Below are positions 8,291 through 16,608 of a stretch of DNA of 22,129 nucleotides, piece by piece (within the stretch, counting starts at the first letter, position 1; each line of letters starts with the position of its first letter). The stretch spans positions 1-22,129 of the IMG/VR virus record IMGVR_UViG_2526164668_000016, one strand, 5' to 3'. The notes under the pieces are model-generated. The model ran no database searches. It was not told where the DNA came from and saw only the letters and a program-made list of their open reading frames with translations. The DNA comes from a virus (lineage: Duplodnaviria > Heunggongvirae > Uroviricota > Caudoviricetes). The position numbers were made by a program, and so were the translations under genes.

Positions 8291-8971
8291 TTATGAAGCC
8301 CGGGCAATAGGCCCACCAGTTAACAGCCACATCGGATCGCAACCAAGCGCATTAGCCAGTGGAATGATCTGGCTTGCGGGGACTTCGCAGATACCGCACT
8401 CCCAGTCGTTTATGGGGTCGTTGTAGGTGTGAATCATGCGTGCCAGGTCTGCTTCTGTCAGTCCAACTTTTTTACGTGCGGCTTCTATACGTGTGCCAAT
8501 GCTTTCCTCCTGGATGTCTGGCTGATTTACGGTAACAGCAGCAGCGCTATTTTTTTCACTCAGCAGAGAAAGAGGATCGCATCCCAGGACATTTGCCATG
8601 GGGATTAGCATGCTGATGGTTGGTTCGTATTCTCCACTCTCCCATTGCAGGATAATCTCTTCGTCAAGATCGAGCAGTCTGGCCAGTTCGGTGGTCGTCA
8701 AACCGCAGGCTTCACGTTGGGTGCTAAGGTTAACCATGTATTCAGGCTGTTTTTCAGGAGCAATATCTTGTCTTGAATAAAAAATTGCGTTTTTTACTTC
8801 GAAGGCGTAATCAGTGGCCAAAGCAACTATGGTATCGCCAATTTCACAGTATTCATGGTTATTTGATGTAGCTAATAAATATCCAGCTTCAAAAAGAACG
8901 GCGGTATTTTTTAGCGCATCCAGTGGGTGCATGGAAAAGCCATTAAAAGTCAGAGTCGGTTTTGCCCTCAT
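8291..8971 (-). CDS. tandem helix-turn-helix (XRE/Cro-C1-type) DNA-binding protein with an extra 75-aa N-terminal domain
   Basis: Two HTH-like segments (…REACGLTTTELARLLDLDEEIILQWESGEYEPTISMLIPMANVLGCDPLSLL… and …AARKKVGLTEADLARMIHTYNDPINDWECGICEVPASQIIPLANALGCDPMWLL…). ATG at 8971 with GGAG RBS, about 27 bp downstream of the OL-like dyad repeats. Confidence 0.6.
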   Translation of the reverse strand: MRAKPTLTFNGFSMHPLDALKNTAVLFEAGYLLATSNNHEYCEIGDTIVALATDYAFEVKNAIFYSRQDIAPEKQPEYMVNLSTQREACGLTTTELARLLDLDEEIILQWESGEYEPTISMLIPMANVLGCDPLSLLSEKNSAAAVTVNQPDIQEESIGTRIEAARKKVGLTEADLARMIHTYNDPINDWECGICEVPASQIIPLANALGCDPMWLLTGGPIARAS

Positions 8972-9005
8972 CTCATTAACTCCATCTATTTGGAATGAGA
9001 GCATA

Positions 9006-9044
9006 ATAGAACCTGCTATAAATTATGGCAATAGCAAGTTCTAT
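9006..9044. promoter_or_regulatory. candidate left operator region (OL-like): two ATAG-N6-CTAT dyads, 11 bp apart
   Basis: ATAGAACCTGCTAT (9006-9019) and ATAGCAAGTTCTAT (9031-9044), between the cI stop and the first leftward gene. The same 14-bp dyad form recurs in the cI-cro intergenic region. Confidence 0.45.
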
Positions 9045-9102
9045 TTTTTTGGGTGATTTTTGTTACCTTATTGATATTTAATAAAAATATTTCCTTTTTG
9101 AT

Positions 9103-9849
9103 TCAAAGCAAAACTGAGTACCAGAATAAACGCCCGATAATATCAACCTTATCAATACTGGTTTCTTCATCTGGGTATTCGTCACTGTTGTAACTGCGGA
9201 TAATCAATTTTCCACCTGGTCTTCTGTGTAGTTGTTTAATGCGCTTTAGTTGTCCGCCACAACCATCATCTTGTCCAATAGCATACAACTTACCATCGAC
9301 AATTCTTTTGTTGTTGGTGTCAATAGCTACGGTCGTTCCATCAGGGATTATAGGCTCCATACTGTTACCAGTCGCCGGAAAACATAGCACTCCACTTCCG
9401 TCAGAGTTTGCGCCGATCCGACGAAGGGTAGCTTTTGAAAACCTAAGTTTTAATCCATTATGATCTTCGCTAATCACTTTCCCAGTACCACACGCAAACT
9501 CAATATCTTTAAGAAAAGGGACTTCAACCTCATCATCACTTAGAGGCGTGTGCTCATCCCACGACTCTATCTTCCCCCATTCGGATTTTGGTGGAATAGA
9601 TGGTTTCTTGTTCTCTGCCCTCATAGAACCTACACCAGAACTTAACCATTCCGGTGTAACACCGAGAGCATTAGCGAGATCGACAATTTTCGTTGTTCCT
9701 CTTGCATTCCCCGATGCTATTCGCCAAATGGTCGGTTGAGCCATGTTTGCTGCCTTAGCCAACTGAGCTTGGCTCATTCCCATTTCGTACATTGCAAAGT
9801 TGAGCCTATCTGCAAGGGTTCTCAACATGCTCATTTGTGATTTCGACAT
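9103..9849 (-). CDS. cI: CI-type prophage repressor (N-terminal HTH, C-terminal S24 LexA-like autopeptidase domain)
   Basis: N-terminal HTH (…MSQAQLAKAANMAQPTIWRIASG…); C-terminal domain with candidate catalytic Ser (GNSMEP) and Lys (QLKRIKQL); GGAGG RBS; divergent from the cro-like gene. Confidence 0.9.
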   Translation of the reverse strand: MSKSQMSMLRTLADRLNFAMYEMGMSQAQLAKAANMAQPTIWRIASGNARGTTKIVDLANALGVTPEWLSSGVGSMRAENKKPSIPPKSEWGKIESWDEHTPLSDDEVEVPFLKDIEFACGTGKVISEDHNGLKLRFSKATLRRIGANSDGSGVLCFPATGNSMEPIIPDGTTVAIDTNNKRIVDGKLYAIGQDDGCGGQLKRIKQLHRRPGGKLIIRSYNSDEYPDEETSIDKVDIIGRLFWYSVLL

Positions 9850-9963
9850 AAATATAGCCTCCGCTATTACATTGTAGATGCGTTCTATAAGTGTGTCTAT
9901 TGCATGGTGGAATAGGCGTTGCTATTATTTTTTGATAGAAAAAGCAATTGTTAGGTGTGTTTT
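9850..9963. promoter_or_regulatory. cI-cro divergent switch region (OR-like) with ATAG-N6-CTAT dyads
   Basis: ATAGCCTCCGCTAT (9853-9866, overlapping the cI RBS) and ATAGGCGTTGCTAT (9912-9925), plus further CTAT/ATAG half-sites. Must contain the divergent promoters for cI and cro. Confidence 0.5.
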
Positions 9964-10215
9964 ATGAAATCAGCGATTGAGAAAGCAATAGATATTGCAG
10001 GGGGCGTAAATGCATTAGCTCGCGCCGTTGGGGTCAAACAGCCATCTGTTTCCCGATGGAGAAAGATTGGACTTGTAGGGGTGGAGCATGTTCCAGACGT
10101 TTCTGCCGTAACAGGGATTCCCGCTCATGAGCTTAGGCCAGATAAGCCAAAACTTTTCCCACACCCAAGCTTAGCGCACACAGAAGATGGAGTGTGCGAA
10201 GGAGATAAACAGTGA
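9964..10215 (+). CDS. Cro-like / YdaS-family HTH regulator
   Basis: 83 aa, MKSAIEKAIDIAGGVNALARAVGVKQPSVSRWRK…; AGGTG RBS; divergent from cI. Confidence 0.75.
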   Translation: MKSAIEKAIDIAGGVNALARAVGVKQPSVSRWRKIGLVGVEHVPDVSAVTGIPAHELRPDKPKLFPHPSLAHTEDGVCEGDKQ

Positions 10216-10919
10216 ACACCGCAATTTTTAACGATAAAGCATCCATGACCAGCGTTGAGATCGCAGAGCTGGTGGGTAGTCAGCACTCAGATGTTAAACG
10301 TAGTATCGAACGCCTGGTTGCTAAAAACATCATCCGGAAACCGCCAATGGCTGTTTCCGAGAAAATCAATAACTTAGGTTTTAAAGTTCAATATGAGCAT
10401 TACCTGTTTGAAGGAGAACAAGGTAAGCGCGACAGTATCATTGTCGTCGCACAGCTCTGTCCTGAATTCACTGCTCGCCTGGTAGATCGTTGGCGCGAAC
10501 TGGAAGAGCAGGTGCGCAAACCAATGAGCGAAATCGAAATGGTTGCCGCGATGGCTCTTGAAGCAGTTCGTCAGCAAAAACGCCTCGACAAGATGGAAGA
10601 AAAAGTTAGCCACGTTGCCGAAACTGTCGAACAAATCAAAAGAGGCACCATACGCGATGGTTATGCAGGATACCGTCAGCTGGTGGCGAAAACAGGTATG
10701 TCAGATGCGAAATGCCGCAATCTGGTGAACGATTATCAAATTCCTACAGACACCCATGAGTTCATGACGCCGGACGGATTGTTGTCACGTCGCGCAATTG
10801 TTGCCGTGGAACCTTTTATGGCTGCTTTTTATCGGGTTATGGAGGAAGCAGAACCGCGAGGGACTCGCTGGTATCACCCGAAAATGGGGTTATTTCAGGT
10901 TATTGGTTGGCAGCGGTGA
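10212..10919 (+). CDS. phage regulatory protein, Rha/antirepressor-like
   Basis: GTG start overlapping the cro stop (GTGA) with GGAGA RBS; N-terminal MTSVEIAELVGSQHSDVKRSIERL resembles the Rha-family signature (S..IAE..GK.H.NVLRDI) as recalled. Confidence 0.55.
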   Translation: MNTAIFNDKASMTSVEIAELVGSQHSDVKRSIERLVAKNIIRKPPMAVSEKINNLGFKVQYEHYLFEGEQGKRDSIIVVAQLCPEFTARLVDRWRELEEQVRKPMSEIEMVAAMALEAVRQQKRLDKMEEKVSHVAETVEQIKRGTIRDGYAGYRQLVAKTGMSDAKCRNLVNDYQIPTDTHEFMTPDGLLSRRAIVAVEPFMAAFYRVMEEAEPRGTRWYHPKMGLFQVIGWQR

Positions 10920-10942
10920 AAAAAAGCCGGGAGTAACCCGGC
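10919..10942 (-). terminator. intrinsic terminator for leftward transcription (GC stem GCCGGG/CCCGGC plus T7 on the minus strand)
   Basis: Plus strand reads A7-GCCGGG-agtaa-CCCGGC; on the minus strand this is stem-loop followed by a U7 run. Confidence 0.45.
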
Positions 10943-11327
10943 TCACTCAACATCAATAACGGGGAGCTGTTTCGCATAAAACGGCTCCGAAACATCCAAG
11001 AACAGTTCTAAAGATATCAGCAGCTATATGATCATTTCAAGACCAAATATTGATTCTGCAATTTCGGGACGTTACACTGTCTCTGCACCTTATAAAGCGG
11101 GTGCCGGGGGTCGCAGCCCGGAATTGATCAAGGCGATATACGACGCGCCAGCGTCTTTTTTATCGTCTGCGCTCACGCACGCCAGAATTATGGTGGGCTG
11201 GGCAGGGGAGCCGAAAGGCTCGCCGGTTTCCTTGATCGCCGGTACTGCGAACCCTGTTCAGTTCACCACCCATGAGTTTCGCAGCTCCGGTGGTGGAAGT
11301 TTTTCACCGATCAAGGAGGCTGCCATC

Positions 11328-11690
11328 ATGGCTACAGTCCCAACTTCCCCATTCCTCAAAATCGAAGTCGTCAACGGCAAAGCTGTTATTTTCTCCCTGC
11401 ATGTTGCCTGCCACTTTAAGCGCATGCACCAGAACATCGTCGACAAAATCGAGTATCTGAACTGCTCGCGCGAATTTTTTACCCGCAACTTCATACCGGG
11501 TACTTACCACATCTATGGTGACTCCCTGCGTGGTTATTACATCACCCTTGATGGCCTGATGATGCTTCAGCTTGGGTTAAGTCTACGCACAATGCGGTAC
11601 TACGAGAGCTGCATTGGAGCATTCCATGAGGCTGAAACCAGCCTGAATCACACTGCTTTTCGCCGTAATCAATGGGAGGTACGCCCATGA
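11328..11690 (+). CDS. phage regulatory protein, Rha-family-like (120 aa)
   Basis: ATG at 11328 with strong GGAGG RBS; …AVIFSLHVACHFKRMHQNIVDKIEYL… fits the Rha-type motif. The longer frame from 11028 is probably not translated. Confidence 0.5.
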   Translation: MATVPTSPFLKIEVVNGKAVIFSLHVACHFKRMHQNIVDKIEYLNCSREFFTRNFIPGTYHIYGDSLRGYYITLDGLMMLQLGLSLRTMRYYESCIGAFHEAETSLNHTAFRRNQWEVRP

Positions 11691-11881
11691 TTAGTTACGA
11701 AATCATCATCTCCACTACGGAATACAGAAACGATGTATCAGTTCGCACGGATGTATCTGTCTGGCACCGTCGCTATAAATCCAGAAAAACGGCGGAACTG
11801 AAAGCGGCAGAGATGTGTGAAACCATCTCAATGAAAGGTAGCCCGGTTAAATACGTAACTACGGCGGAGGTGCGTCCATGA
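11687..11881 (+). CDS. hypothetical small phage protein
   Basis: ATG at 11687 with GGGAGG RBS, overlapping the upstream stop (ATGA). Confidence 0.4.
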   Translation: MISYEIIISTTEYRNDVSVRTDVSVWHRRYKSRKTAELKAAEMCETISMKGSPVKYVTTAEVRP

Positions 11882-12111
11882 TCCGCTACATCGTTAATTC
11901 CCTGTATCACCGATACAACCGTTGCCCCCGTGTGGGGCAGTGGTTCGCCACCAGCAACGGTCACGTTCTGCGGGTTTGCCTGGTCAATACAGAAAGCCAG
12001 AAGGTTGTCTGCCAGGTTCAGGGACGTACTCATACCCTGAGTTATCCGCTGGTGGCTTTTCAGTCCGGGAAAATGTTTAAGCGCCTGGGAGGTGGCTATG
12101 CGTCCGTCTGA
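11878..12111 (+). CDS. hypothetical small phage protein
   Basis: ATG at 11878 with GGAGGTG RBS, overlapping the upstream stop. Confidence 0.4.
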   Translation: MIRYIVNSLYHRYNRCPRVGQWFATSNGHVLRVCLVNTESQKVVCQVQGRTHTLSYPLVAFQSGKMFKRLGGGYASV

Positions 12112-12991
12112 TCTTCTGCTCGATTTTGGGCATCCGGTTGCTTATTACCCTGGGCTCGTTAAATACATGGGAAGTCCGCACGCTGTTATTTTCTTTGGTC
12201 AGATTTTCTACTGGCAGGATAAAGCACATGCAGCGGAAGGCGTACATAAAACGCGTGAAGAGATACAACACGAAACCGGACTTACATTTGAACAACAGGC
12301 TGTAGCGCGTAAGCATCTTGTGTCCAGAGGCATTTTGGTTGAAACCAACAAGCGTCTTGAGCACAAAATGTTCTACCGTATAGATTGTGAGCGTCTTAAT
12401 GAAATTATCAATGAAAACAATCACTTTTCCCGAAATGGGGAAACCCGTTTTCGGGAAACTGTAAAACCCGATTTCGCGGAGGAGGGAAAGCCTTCACCGC
12501 GGACACGGGAAACCCCTCGCCGCGGAGAAGGGAAAACCAATTTCGATCTTACAGAGAATACAACAGAGATTACTTCAGAGAATACTACAGAGAGTAAAAA
12601 CACTATTGGCGCATCCGCTGACGCGTCTGCACCAGCACGTTCTGCCCGACAGGAATATTCACCGGAATTTGAACAGGCCTGGCAGGAATATCCCAAACGT
12701 GCTGGTGGTAATTCCAAGTCAGCAGCCTTCAAAGCCTGGAAAGCCCGTATCAGGGAAGGTGTGACACCCGAAACCATGCTCAACGGTGTGAAACGCTATG
12801 CCGCCTGGGTGCGTGTCTCAGGAAATACCGGCACCCAGTTCGTGAAGCAGGCATCGACGTTCTTTGGCCCCGATCGGCACTTTGACGAATCCTGGCAACA
12901 GTCAGCAGCTCCCGGAGGTGGGCGGGGCAAAAGCCTCCCGATCTCGGGATTCAGTGAACAGGACTACGGCTCAACGAACTTCAACTGGTGA
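12098..12991 (+). CDS. phage replication initiation protein (O-like / replisome organiser)
   Basis: ATG at 12098 with GGGAGG RBS; sits directly upstream of, and translationally coupled to, the DnaC-like loader; contains a basic/acidic linker with short repeats (ENTTEITSENTTES). Assignment by synteny. Confidence 0.55.
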   Translation: MRPSDLLLDFGHPVAYYPGLVKYMGSPHAVIFFGQIFYWQDKAHAAEGVHKTREEIQHETGLTFEQQAVARKHLVSRGILVETNKRLEHKMFYRIDCERLNEIINENNHFSRNGETRFRETVKPDFAEEGKPSPRTRETPRRGEGKTNFDLTENTTEITSENTTESKNTIGASADASAPARSARQEYSPEFEQAWQEYPKRAGGNSKSAAFKAWKARIREGVTPETMLNGVKRYAAWVRVSGNTGTQFVKQASTFFGPDRHFDESWQQSAAPGGGRGKSLPISGFSEQDYGSTNFNW

Positions 12992-13008
12992 TTTTGTGGG
13001 GTGTGAAA

Positions 13009-13899
13009 ATGACTAATTTCCTGAACAAACAATACATGCAACACGACAAAGCGCAGTTACTTAACCGCAAGGCAGACCTGGAAGAGGAGCTGGCATTTGT
13101 CCGTGGCGGAAAGCGTCCGTGGCGCTGTGAGCATTGGGTGCAAAGCACTGAGACGGTGTCCTGCGGGAAACACGGAAAATACACACGCTATGTGCTGACA
13201 GGCCCGGATGTAAGAGGGAAAGCTGTCAAACGGGTGTCCGGTTGCCTTTCCTGCCTCAGTGAGGAGCTGGACTGCGTGTATGACGAATTACGCGCCCTGA
13301 AGGTTCGTGAATTACTCGATCTGGCCGCTATTGCCCGCCGGTTCCAGGATTGTGAGTTTGATAATTATCAGGCGGTGAATACTGACGCACAGAAAAACCT
13401 TGAAGCCTGTCAGCGCTACGCCGCTTCCTGGAAAAAATGTCTCGCTGCAGGCACCAGCATGATCATGATTGGCAATTGCGGTACCGGGAAAAATCACCTG
13501 GCTGTATCAATGGCAAAAAATATTATTCGCCACCACCTGGCGACCGTCGAAATTACTGATGTTATGCGACTGACCCGCGCTGTGAAAAATACCTGGCGTC
13601 ACAATTCTGAGCGCACTGAAGATGAAGTTATTGACCATTTTGTATCGCTGGACCTGCTTATTATCGATGAGGTTGGTGTGCAGTTCGGTACGCCTGCGGA
13701 GATAACCATCCTGCAGGAAATCATAAATGCGCGTTACGAAAGCGTTTTACCGACAATTTTGATCAGCAACCTGACTTTTGAACAGCTTAAGGAATCCATT
13801 GGTGAACGGATTGTGGATCGCGTTACTGATGGTGGGCGTAACTGCCTGGTGTTTGGTTGGGAAAGCTACCGTGCGCATATCAGAGGTGTGGCAGCATGA
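13009..13899 (+). CDS. DnaC-like helicase loader (IstB-type AAA+ ATPase)
   Basis: Walker A GNCGTGKNHLAVSMAK and Walker B LLIIDEVG; start taken at ATG 13009 (alternative GTG at 12988 overlaps the upstream stop). Confidence 0.85.
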   Translation: MTNFLNKQYMQHDKAQLLNRKADLEEELAFVRGGKRPWRCEHWVQSTETVSCGKHGKYTRYVLTGPDVRGKAVKRVSGCLSCLSEELDCVYDELRALKVRELLDLAAIARRFQDCEFDNYQAVNTDAQKNLEACQRYAASWKKCLAAGTSMIMIGNCGTGKNHLAVSMAKNIIRHHLATVEITDVMRLTRAVKNTWRHNSERTEDEVIDHFVSLDLLIIDEVGVQFGTPAEITILQEIINARYESVLPTILISNLTFEQLKESIGERIVDRVTDGGRNCLVFGWESYRAHIRGVAA

Positions 13900-15296
13900 C
13901 AAACCCAACAAATCCGGTGTGGCGTAATGATGACCTGGAAGGTGCGGTGATTGGCGCGTTTTTTCTGCGTGGGGCTGATCCGGAAGTGATGGATATTCTG
14001 GCCACGCTTCCGGCGGATGTATTTTTCGTGCGTCAGTACCGGGATATTTACGCGGGGATTTGCAGACAGGCCCGCGTATCCGGCGTCATTGACCCCGTGC
14101 TGCTGTGCAATGAGATGCCGGAACTTGCCCCGGTGATTACCGACACCGGGCGCAAAACCTGGGTGAAGTCTTCACTGGAGCACTATGTTGCAGCGCTGCG
14201 ACGCAATGCCGCACTGCGCGATGCAGAAAAAACACTGACTGAAGCATTACAGAATTTACGTGATGCACATACCTGCGAAGCGGCAGAAGATGCCCTGAAG
14301 GATGCGCAGAACATGATGGCCTCACTGTCGACCGGAAAGGGCGTCATTCAGCCGGTTCACATTGATGATGTCCTTCCGGAAGTGGTGGGCCGTGTTGAAT
14401 GCCGGAATCAGGGACTGGAGAAATCCAGGGCGCTGATGACCGGTATTGATGAACTGGACGCAAAAACGGGCGGTATGGAGCCCGGAGACCTGGTATTCAT
14501 TGCCGCCCGTCCTTCGATGGGGAAAACAGAACTTGCGCTGGACATCATCGACAAGGTGACTGAGCAGGGGCATGGCGTGCTTCTGTTCACCATGGAGATG
14601 GCGAACATCCAGATTGGTGAACGTATGGTGTCTGCAGCAGGGGGAATGCCGGTATCCCGTCTTAAGTCTGTTGCCCGTTTTGAAGATGAAGACTGGGCGC
14701 GTTTCTCACAGGGCGTGGGACGAATGACGGGGCGTAATATCTGGATGGTGGACCAGGCAAATCTGACCATTGATGAGATATGTGCAACCACGAGGTACCA
14801 CCGGATGAAGCATCCGGAAACGGCGCTGGTGGTGGTCGATTACCTCGGCCTGATTAAAACCCGCAGCACGGGGCGTCACGACCTTGCTGTGGGGGAAATC
14901 TCAAAGGGACTTAAAAGCCTGGCAAAATCCGGCGGTTTTCCGCTGATTGCTCTGAGCCAGCTCTCCCGTGGCGTGGAATCCAGACCCAATAAACGTCCCA
15001 TGAACTCAGACCTGAAAAACTCCGGGGAAATCGAGGCTGATGCCGACATCATTCTGATGCTTTACAGGGATGAGGTGTATAACCCGGATACACAGGCGAG
15101 AGGCATAGCAGAAATCAACATCACGAAACAGCGTAATGGCACGCTCGGGACCATTTACCGGCGTTTTCATAACGGACATTTTCTGCCTGTGGACCAGGAG
15201 AGTGCCCGGGTTCTTTCCACACCCATGACGCCGGGCAATCCGCGCAGATACAGCAATAACCGCATGTCGGGCAGTAAAGCGGAGCGTTTATTTTGA
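13896..15296 (+). CDS. DnaB-family replicative DNA helicase
   Basis: Walker A AARPSMGKTELAL, and ALSQLSRGVE, DADIILMLYRDEVY, INITKQRNG motifs typical of DnaB; ATG at 13896 overlaps the loader stop (ATGA). Confidence 0.9.
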   Translation: MTNPTNPVWRNDDLEGAVIGAFFLRGADPEVMDILATLPADVFFVRQYRDIYAGICRQARVSGVIDPVLLCNEMPELAPVITDTGRKTWVKSSLEHYVAALRRNAALRDAEKTLTEALQNLRDAHTCEAAEDALKDAQNMMASLSTGKGVIQPVHIDDVLPEVVGRVECRNQGLEKSRALMTGIDELDAKTGGMEPGDLVFIAARPSMGKTELALDIIDKVTEQGHGVLLFTMEMANIQIGERMVSAAGGMPVSRLKSVARFEDEDWARFSQGVGRMTGRNIWMVDQANLTIDEICATTRYHRMKHPETALVVVDYLGLIKTRSTGRHDLAVGEISKGLKSLAKSGGFPLIALSQLSRGVESRPNKRPMNSDLKNSGEIEADADIILMLYRDEVYNPDTQARGIAEINITKQRNGTLGTIYRRFHNGHFLPVDQESARVLSTPMTPGNPRRYSNNRMSGSKAERLF

Positions 15297-15550
15297 ATAA
15301 CAGAACAGCCACTGTTTCACCGGAACAACTTCGTCGCCAGGCGCAGGAGATGCTTCGTTGTGCTGAACAGATGGAAAAAATGAGCGTGGCAAAGGATACG
15401 CTCCGCAAGCAGCTTACTCCGGCGCTTCGTGATCTGCTGCAGGCAAAACACCGCACACAAAAGGCGGTGGATGAGCTGGTGGATTGCGTGGCGGAACTGG
15501 AAGGCAAGGTAAGCCAGTTTGAAACTCTGGTGAAGGAGTTTACTGCGTGA
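15293..15550 (+). CDS. hypothetical small protein (coiled-coil-like)
   Basis: TTG start overlapping the dnaB-like stop with GGAG RBS; alternative ATG at 15350. Confidence 0.35.
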   Translation: MNNRTATVSPEQLRRQAQEMLRCAEQMEKMSVAKDTLRKQLTPALRDLLQAKHRTQKAVDELVDCVAELEGKVSQFETLVKEFTA

Positions 15551-15595
15551 TGGCTGAATTTTTTCTCCTGTGTTCATGCAATATCGTTCGCTGAG

Positions 15596-16591
15596 GTGAC
15601 CGTGAGAGCATTGTTGACTCCTGAAATTGCCCCGCGAATGGGGATTGTATTGTTCAGACCCGGTTCAGAGCTGATGCCCCTGTTTATGCAGGGGCGTGTC
15701 CTGCTGGAGCCTGAGCCGGAACGTTATTCATCTTTCGCCAGTGGTGCCGTTCCGGCGGCATCACAACCGCTGGCGGATGATCCTGCCGTTCGGGCCGTGT
15801 TCCGCAATGAGGCAGTGATCCGTCGTGCTGGTGGCGTGGAATGTCTTGAAAGCTGGTTACTTCGTGAAAAAGGCTGCCAGTGGCTTCATTCCGACTGGCA
15901 CAGCGAGAACATGACCACAATGCGACACGCGCCGGGCGCAATCCGTCTGTGCTGGCACTGCGATAACCAGCTGCGCGATCAGTTCACGGAACGGCTGGAA
16001 TCAATGGCAACGGATAACTGTGCCCGCTGGGTGTTGTCTGTTGTGCGTCGGGATCTCGGTTTTGATGACAGTCACGTTGTGACAATGCCGGAACTGTGCT
16101 GGTGGCTGGTTCGTAATGATCTGGCGGATGCCTTACCGGAAAGCGCAGCCCGTAAGGCACTGAGATTACCAAAGCCTGTTGTGCCGTCTGTCACCCGGGA
16201 AAGTGACCTTGTGCCTTCGGTTCCTGCCACCAGCATCATCCAGGATAAAGCGAAAAAGGTGCTGGCGCTGAAAGTGGATCCGGAGTCGCCGGAGTCTTTT
16301 ATGTTACGCCCAAAACGTCGCCGCTGGGTTAATGAAAAGTACACGCGCTGGGTTAAGACACAGCCGTGTGCATGTTGTGGAAAGCCCGCTGATGATCCCC
16401 ACCACCTGATAGGTCACGGTCAGGGTGGAATGGGAACAAAAGCGCATGACCTTTTTGTGTTGCCTTTGTGCAGAAAGCATCACGACGAGCTGCATGCGGA
16501 TACCGTGGCATTTGAAGAGAAGTATGGCTCCCAGCTGGAGCTGATATTTCGTTTTATCGATCGTGCGCTGGCAATTGGCGTGCTGGCCTGA
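15596..16591 (+). CDS. DUF968-like prophage protein with C-terminal Cys/His (HNH-like) motif
   Basis: C-terminus …[46 protein letters not shown]…; position between replication genes and Q matches the nin-region of lambdoid prophages. Start codon uncertain. Confidence 0.5.
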   Translation: MTVRALLTPEIAPRMGIVLFRPGSELMPLFMQGRVLLEPEPERYSSFASGAVPAASQPLADDPAVRAVFRNEAVIRRAGGVECLESWLLREKGCQWLHSDWHSENMTTMRHAPGAIRLCWHCDNQLRDQFTERLESMATDNCARWVLSVVRRDLGFDDSHVVTMPELCWWLVRNDLADALPESAARKALRLPKPVVPSVTRESDLVPSVPATSIIQDKAKKVLALKVDPESPESFMLRPKRRRWVNEKYTRWVKTQPCACCGKPADDPHHLIGHGQGGMGTKAHDLFVLPLCRKHHDELHADTVAFEEKYGSQLELIFRFIDRALAIGVLA

Positions 16592-16608
16592 TTTTGTGGA
16601 GAAAGTTG

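Noticed and set aside
7736-9056. Plus-strand ORFs 7736-7942, 7982-8257, 8598-8780 and 8814-9056
   Set aside because: Antisense to the better-supported minus-strand genes or spanning the operator region; no start signals.
9239-9739. Plus-strand ORFs (9239-9463, 9548-9739) inside the cI gene
   Set aside because: Antisense to a high-confidence repressor CDS.
10374-10728. ORFs 10374-10634 (minus) and 10543-10728 (plus) within the first Rha-like gene
   Set aside because: Shadow frames of the Rha-like CDS.
11028-11327. N-terminal 100-codon extension of the ORF starting at 11028
   Set aside because: No RBS and low-complexity composition, while a strong GGAGG RBS precedes the internal ATG at 11328; treated as non-coding.
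11258-12783. Antisense or alternative-frame ORFs 11258-11494, 11272-11460, 11304-11510, 11773-12033, 12077-12424 and 12421-12783
   Set aside because: Overlap the better-supported plus-strand early-right genes; no start signals.
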